Origin: Macrostomum lignano
Lineage: Eukaryota
DNA length: 64,000 nucleotides
Direction of reading: 5' to 3'
Assembly: GCA_002269645.1 (NCBI GenBank)
Contig: NIVC01000040.1
Coordinates: 496,001 to 560,000, forward strand
Shown here: positions 57,723 to 64,000 of the stretch, piece by piece
How the letters are laid out: every line of letters starts with the position of its first letter
Numbering within the stretch: position 1 is the stretch's first letter
The notes under the pieces: model-generated
What the model was told of the DNA's origin: nothing
Seen by the model: only the letters and a program-made list of their open reading frames with translations
Databases searched by the model: none
Position numbers and translations under genes: made by a program

Positions 57723-60700
57723 TCAAGGCGTAAGCCGCTTCGGGTCGCGAGGAAACAGTGAAGTCTTGCGGATGTTGTCCAGCCCGAGAAACAGCATGGT
57801 GACCCGCTCCAGACCTGCGGCAATTCGTGAGGGGTACAAGTACATGTACGAGTCATGTTGAGTAATAGTCAGCTCAATGACCCTCTCAATTACAGGGAAG
57901 GGCAATGGCCCCGCCCTCTCGAATTATAACGAAAAGCAATGACCCCCGCCGCCAAAATTACAGGGCAACCGCAAACTCTACTAAATTACAGGGGGCAGTC
58001 AGTGGCTCTCGTGGATGGCGGCATTCGCCCTAATAAAAATCCGCCCTCATCGGTATCCGCCCTCATAAATATCCGCTCCCATCGGTATCCGCCATCATAA
58101 ATATCCGCCCCCATCGGTATCCGCCCTCATAAATATCCGCCCCCATCGGCATCTGCCCTCATAAATATCCGCCCATCGGTATCCGCCCTCATAAATATCC
58201 GCCCATCGGTATCCGCCCTCATAAATATCCGCCCATCGGTATCTATCCGCCCTCATAAATATCCGCCCCATCGGTATCCGCCCTCATAAATATCCGCCCC
58301 CATCGGTATCCGCCCTCATAAATATCCGCCCCCATCGGCATCCGCCCTCATAAATATCCGCCCCATCGGTATCCGCCCTCATAAATATCCGCCCCCATCG
58401 GCATCTGCCCTCATAAATATCCGCCCATCGGTATCCGCCCTCATAAATATCCGCCCATCGGTATCCGCCCTCATAAATATCCGCCCTCATAAATATCCGC
58501 CCTCATAAATATCCGCCCCCATCGGCATTCGCTTTCAAAAATATCCGCCCCCATTGGAATCCGCCCTCATAAATATCCGCCCCCATCGGCATTCGCCCTC
58601 ATAAATATCCGCCCCCATTGGAATCCGCCCTCATAAATATCCGCCCCCATCGATCCTCCCCTTAGTCTCCGCCCCCAAGCAGCCCTCCTAAAAAACACAA
58701 GGAGCCTCACCAATGCCTCCGCCAGCATGGGGCGGGCAGCCGTACTTGAAGCAATCAACATAGGACTGCATCTTGGCCGTATCGATGCCAAAACCCTGGG
58801 CCCGTTCAACCAACAAGGCCGGATCGTGAATGCGCTGGGCGCCGCTCAAGATCTCTTCGCCTCGCATAAAAAAATCGTAGCTATTCGAATAGCCGGGTCT
58901 GGCCGGGTCGGGCATCGTGTAGAATGGCCGAGCAGCCAACGGGAACTTATCGAGTATATAAAAGTCCGTCTTGTACTTTGCTTTAACCAGACGGCCAAGC
59001 AGTTTCTCGTTAGGCGTCGACAGATCGTCAAAGTCGCCCTGTTCGGCACCGGCCTCTCTTAGCATCCTGACGGCTTCGGGAAATTCTAGACGAAGAGTTG
59101 GCTCGAGAAACTCGAACGGCTCAGCCGGGTACTGCTTGCACACGGTGGCGATTAGATCGGCGCAGCTCGACTGCAGGCCTTTGAATATGGCCACGAATAG
59201 TCTGCCGAGAGTGTCCAGCACCTCGTGATAATGACTAAAGAACGCCATCTCCAAGTCTAGGCCAATAAATTCGGTCAAGTGCCGATGCGTGTTCGAATCC
59301 TCCGCCCGAAATACGCTGCCGATGGTGAACACTCGGTCGAAATCCCCCGCTATGGCCATCTGCTTGTACAGCTGGGGAGACTGGGCCAAGTAGGCCTTGG
59401 ACTTGAAGTAGGTCACCTCGAATACATTGGCGCCGCCCTCGGATGCAGCGCTGATGATCTTGGGCGTGTGGATCTCCACGAAGCTCTCGGCTGCGGGGAT
59501 TGCAGATTTGATGAGGGATTCTGATTGAGGATTCTGATAGGGGATTTTGATTGGGGATTCTAGTTGGGGATTTCTAGTTGGGGATTCTGATTGGGGATTC
59601 TCATTTAGGATTCTAATTCGGGATTCGGATTTGGGATTTCTAGTTGGGGATTCTGATTGGGGATTTTGGTTGGGGATTCTGATTGAAGAATTCTGGTTGG
59701 GGATTCTGGTTGGGGATTTTGATAGGGGAATTCGAGTTGGGGATTGGATGAATTTAGGTTATGGATACTACGAGCTACTTTATTACATGCACCTATTATA
59801 CTACTTCTGGCTAGAGGGTAGTTAATCAGTAGGCCAGCAAGAACTCACCAGCCAGAGTGTCTCTAAACAGTCGGCAAACCTCAGCCTCTAACCGGAATAC
59901 GGCTTGGTTGGTTGGAGTACGCAGATCGATGACCCGATTATCGAGTTTAATCTCCTGACCGGCTGTGGCTAGAGAGGCCTGCTGTTGATCTGGGCGCATG
60001 GCGTCTTCAACTTGCAGTGGCAGGCGGGGCTCCGCTGCAGATACGCACCAGATCTCAGTGGTATGCAGCTCCACCTGATTTGGATTCGGAGATTTACTGT
60101 CATGTATATCTAATCTGCCTAGTCTATCTGACCCTCTAGTCTATCTGCCAGATCTAAATCTAAGTCTATCTGCCAGATCTAAATCTAAGTCTATCTGCCA
60201 GATATAAATCAAATTCTATCTACCAGATTCTAAATCAAAGTCTATCTGCCAGATCTAAATCTAAGTCTATCTGCCAGATTCTAAATCAAAGTCTATCTGC
60301 CAGATTTAAATCTACCCGGATCTACTCTATCTGCCAGATTTAAATCTACCCGGATCTACTCTATCTGCCAGATTTAAATCTACTTAGATCCAGTCTATCT
60401 GTCAGATATAAATCTATTCATCGCTAATCTGCAACAGAGCGAGCTGATGCCAATAATTTCTCACCTCTTGTTGCGAGCACGCGGCCACAGGTGAATCCAC
60501 TTTACGCAGCACACCAGCTACATCAACAATGGACTCTTTACTAACTGACGCGGCAAACTTCATCATTTGGCGGGACACAGCAGAGCCAACAGACAGCACG
60601 CACTGCACCGAGTAGTGCTGATGCCGAATAACAAAGAAACCAGTTTTGCCTTTGAACCGAGACGTGTGCAAACGGCCTCGAATCCACACGGATTTACCAT

Positions 60701-61963
60701 CCAAGCTGGACTCCAACAGTTTGATAGGCGAGTAGGATTTGCTCAGAAAGTTCTCCGATCGGTTTAACGGCAAATTGCCGTACAAACCCTGCGACACGTC
60801 GGCCTCGGATGATTCGGGCGCGTCAGCGGCGGCATCGCCAGCGGAATTCTCCGTGGATGGGGCGCCTGCGGCGGCTGCTTTATGGGCGGCTTTTTTCTCT
60901 TTTTTGGCCGCCTTTTTCGCCGCTTTCTCTGCCGCTTTCTTAGCGGCCTTGTCGCTTTTATTCAATTGGAAAGGTGGGGGGATTTCCTGTAGGAAGCCAG
61001 CCAAGTCGGCAAACGGGAGCTGCTGGGATGCTGAGACTCAATAGGGAGTTGTTGAGATGCATACTCATATCTTGACTCACCTATCAATATCTCTAATCTA
61101 CCCATATCTAGCCTATCAATATCTCTAATCTACCCATATCTAGCCTATCAATATCTCTAATCTACCCATATCTAGCCTATCAATATCTCTAATCTACCCA
61201 TATCTAGCCTATCAATATCTCTAATCTACCCATATCTAGCCTATCAATATCTCTAATCTACTCATATCTAGTCTCTCCCATCGATATTTAATCTACCCAT
61301 ATTTAGTCTCTCCAATCGATATCTCTAACCTACCCATATCTAGTCTCTCCAATCGATATCTCTAATCTACTTATATCTAGTTTATCACATCGATATCTCT
61401 AATCTACTTATATCTAGTCTCTTCTATCGATATCCCTATTCTACCCATATCTAGTCTCTTCTATCGATATCCCTATTCTTCCCATATCTAGTCTCTTCTA
61501 TCGATATCTCTAATCTACTTATATCTAGTCTCTTCTATCGATATCTTTAATCTACCCATATCTAGTCTCTTCTATCGATATCTCTAATCTACCCATATCT
61601 AGTCTCTCCAATCGATATCTCTAATCTACTTATATCTAGTTTATCACATCGATATCTCTAATCTACTTATATCTAGTCTCTTCTATCGATATCCCTATTC
61701 TACCCATATCTAGTCTCTTCTATCGATATCCCTATTCTTCCCATATCTAGTCTCTTCTATCGATATCTCTAATCTACTTATATCTAGTCTCTTCTATCGA
61801 TATCTTTAATCTACCCATATCTAGTCTCTTCTATCGATATCTCTAATCTACCCATATCTAGTCTATCACATTGATATCTCTAATCTACCCATATCTAGTC
61901 TCCCCAACTAACTGCTTACCTATTGTCAGCGGCAGGTACTTCCACAGCCACGGGTTCCGACAT
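57723..61963 (-). CDS. DARS1: Cytosolic aspartyl-tRNA synthetase, ~543 aa
   Basis: Exons 61963-61920 ([14 protein letters not shown]), 60954-60465 (Lys/Ala-rich extension and OB fold, [15 protein letters not shown]), 60074-59849 ([11 protein letters not shown]), 59490-58711 ([51 protein letters not shown]), 57814-57723 ([30 protein letters not shown]). Phases consistent; 1632 nt. Confidence 0.95.
58040..58650. repeat. ~30-32 bp minisatellite in DARS intron 4
   Basis: Unit atccgccctcataaatatccgcccccatcggt. Confidence 0.92.
59510..59750. repeat. Degenerate ~13-bp G-rich repeat in DARS intron 3
   Basis: gattct(g/a)(a/g)ttggg units. Confidence 0.8.
60110..60410. repeat. ~24-bp minisatellite in DARS intron 2
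   Basis: tctatctgccagat(t)ctaaatc units. Confidence 0.85.
61085..61905. repeat. 32-34 bp minisatellite in DARS intron 1
   Basis: Unit atatctctaatctacccatatctagcctatca and variants. Confidence 0.92.
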
Positions 61964-62219
61964 TAGTTTCTGTTTATGTTGGCAATTCGGCTCAAGTTAA
62001 AACTAACTGCACTTCAGTAGACTTGAAAGTTTGCAGCGCAGCAGAAATATAAAAATGAAAAGATAAAAAAGTTCAAATGATTTAACAAAAATTAAAGATT
62101 TTCTTTTACTTTTTGTTTAAAATGAAAACTGCTGATTAAACTCGCGGAGGGGGGTATTGCAGACAAATAAAAGTAAAGATTTGCTTGCTTTTAATTTTGA
62201 CGAATTTTTTTCTTCTCGA

Positions 62220-63570
62220 TAGCTGGTTCTCATGTCTCACTCATTCACAGTCCCTGGTTCTCATGTCTCACTCATTTACTGTCCCTAGTTCTCATGTCTC
62301 ACTCATTTACTGTCCCTAGTTCTCATGTCTCACTCATTCACTGTCCCTAGTTCTCATGTCTCACTCATTCACTGTCCCTAGTTCTCATGTCTCACTCATT
62401 CACAGTCCCTGGTTCTCATGTCTCACTCATTTACTGTCCCTAGTTCTCATGTCTCACTCATTTACTGTCCCTAGTTCTCATGTCTCACTTATTCACAGTC
62501 CCTGGTTCTCATGTCTCACTCATTTACTGTCCCTAGTTCTCATGTCTCACTCATTCACTGTCCCTAGTTCTCATGTCTCACTCTTTTACTGTCTCTAGTT
62601 CTCAGGTATCACTCATTCACAGTCCCTAGGTCTTATGTCTCGCTCATTCACTGTTCCTAGTTCTCATGTCTCACTCATTCACTGTCCGTAGTTTTTATGC
62701 ATCACTCATCCAATGTTCCTAGTTCTCATGTCTCACTCATTCACTGTCCCTAGTTCTCATGTCTCACTCATTCACTGTCCCTAGTTCTCATGTCTCACTT
62801 ATTCACAGTCCCTGGTTCTCATGTCTCACTCTTTTACTGTCTCTAGTTCTCAGGTATCACTCATTCACAGTCCCTAGGTCTTATGTCTCGCTCATTCACT
62901 GTTCCTAGTTCTCATGTCTCACTCATTCACTGTCCGTAGTTTTTATGCATCACTCATTCACTGTCCCTAGTTCTCATGTCTCACTCTTTTACTGTCTCTA
63001 GTTTTCAGGTATCACTCATTCACAGTCCCTAGGTCTTATGTCTCGCTCATTCACTGTTCCTAGTTCTCATGTCTCACTCATTCACTGTCCGTAGTTTTTA
63101 TGCATCACTCATTCACTGTCCCTAGTTCTCATGTCTCACTCTTTTACTGTCTCTAGTTTTCAGGTATCACTCATTCACAGTCCCTAGGTCTTATGTCTCG
63201 CTCATTCACTGTTCCTAGTTCTCATGTCTCACTCATTCACTGTCCGTAGTTTTTATGCATCACTCATTCACTGTCCCTAGTTCTCATGTCTTACTCTTTT
63301 ACTGTCTCTAGTTTTCAGGTATCACTCATTCACAGTCCCTAGGTCTTATGTCTCGCTCATTCACTGTTCCTAGTTCTCATGTCTCACTCATTCACTGTCC
63401 GTAGTTTTTATGCATCACTCATCCAATGTCCCTAGTTCTCATGTCTCACTCATTCACTGTCCCTAGTTCTCATGTCTCACTCATTCACTGTCTCTAGTTC
63501 TTAGGTATCACTCATTCACAGTCCCTAGGTCTTATGTCTCGCACATTCACTGTCCCTAGTTCTCATGTCA
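62220..63570. repeat. 31-bp satellite with higher-order structure upstream of DARS
   Basis: Unit ttctcatgtctcactcattcactgtccctag. Confidence 0.95.
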
Positions 63571-64000
63571 CTTGCATTCACTGTCTCTTATTTACTCTTT
63601 CTGATGTGCTCAGCATCAAACGAGATTCTATGGTATACAAAATTGAGGAAAAACCACACCCCACGGTTTCTACTTATCCAGCAAGTAGTATATAAAAATA
63701 AAGAATTAGCTAAGGCTTCTTAACACCGCGCAAAAAAATTGAAATTACAAATGAACAATTAGGTAAGAAATATGAAAATAAATAAACAAACAGAATAGAA
63801 GTAGTAACCTCCTCTAACTATTAATACGAAGACTAACTTTTTTAAAGAAGTAACGCAAACTCAAAATAACTATTAATTTTTTACTCTGAGTATCTGCGTA
63901 AGCTTTTTATATATTTATATACACGGTGTATTACTGTACGTAAATTATGTTATAGAAATATAAATACCGCCAAAAATTAAGAATCAGTCAAAACTTGATT

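Noticed and set aside
60850-60954. [13 protein letters not shown] low-complexity N-terminus of AspRS
   Set aside because: Lys-rich N-terminal extensions are a known feature of eukaryotic class IIb synthetases.

Overview
Eukaryotic (animal) genomic DNA with GT-AG introns. Most introns in the two conserved genes carry a micro- or minisatellite. This style suggests a free-living flatworm such as Macrostomum, which is an inference not verifiable here. Contents: (1) a decayed near-full-length RNase H-containing LINE (- strand, ~0.75-5.3 kb) and three more LINE relics; (2) a RIMS-binding protein (RIM-BP) gene on + (6831-27799; coiled coil, SH3, 3xFN3, SH3, SH3), whose FN3-III/SH3-II intron holds a 2.4-kb ATG-less ORF behind an in-frame splice acceptor, encoding an unrecognised repeat domain plus an 11-mer amphipathic helix; (3) a cluster of four secreted WSC-domain-only genes (29.1-54.6 kb), whose two + strand members are built from a duplicated module (12-nt micro-exon + WSC exon) with hypervariable coding loops, near-identical introns and minisatellites made of the 5' splice site; (4) a complete 5-exon cytosolic aspartyl-tRNA synthetase gene on - (57723-61963); (5) MITEs, a Penelope-like fragment, a decayed hammerhead-like fold and many tandem repeats. 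Most long ORFs in the supplied track are satellite artefacts. All exon models were read by eye from splice signals and phase continuity and need RNA confirmation.
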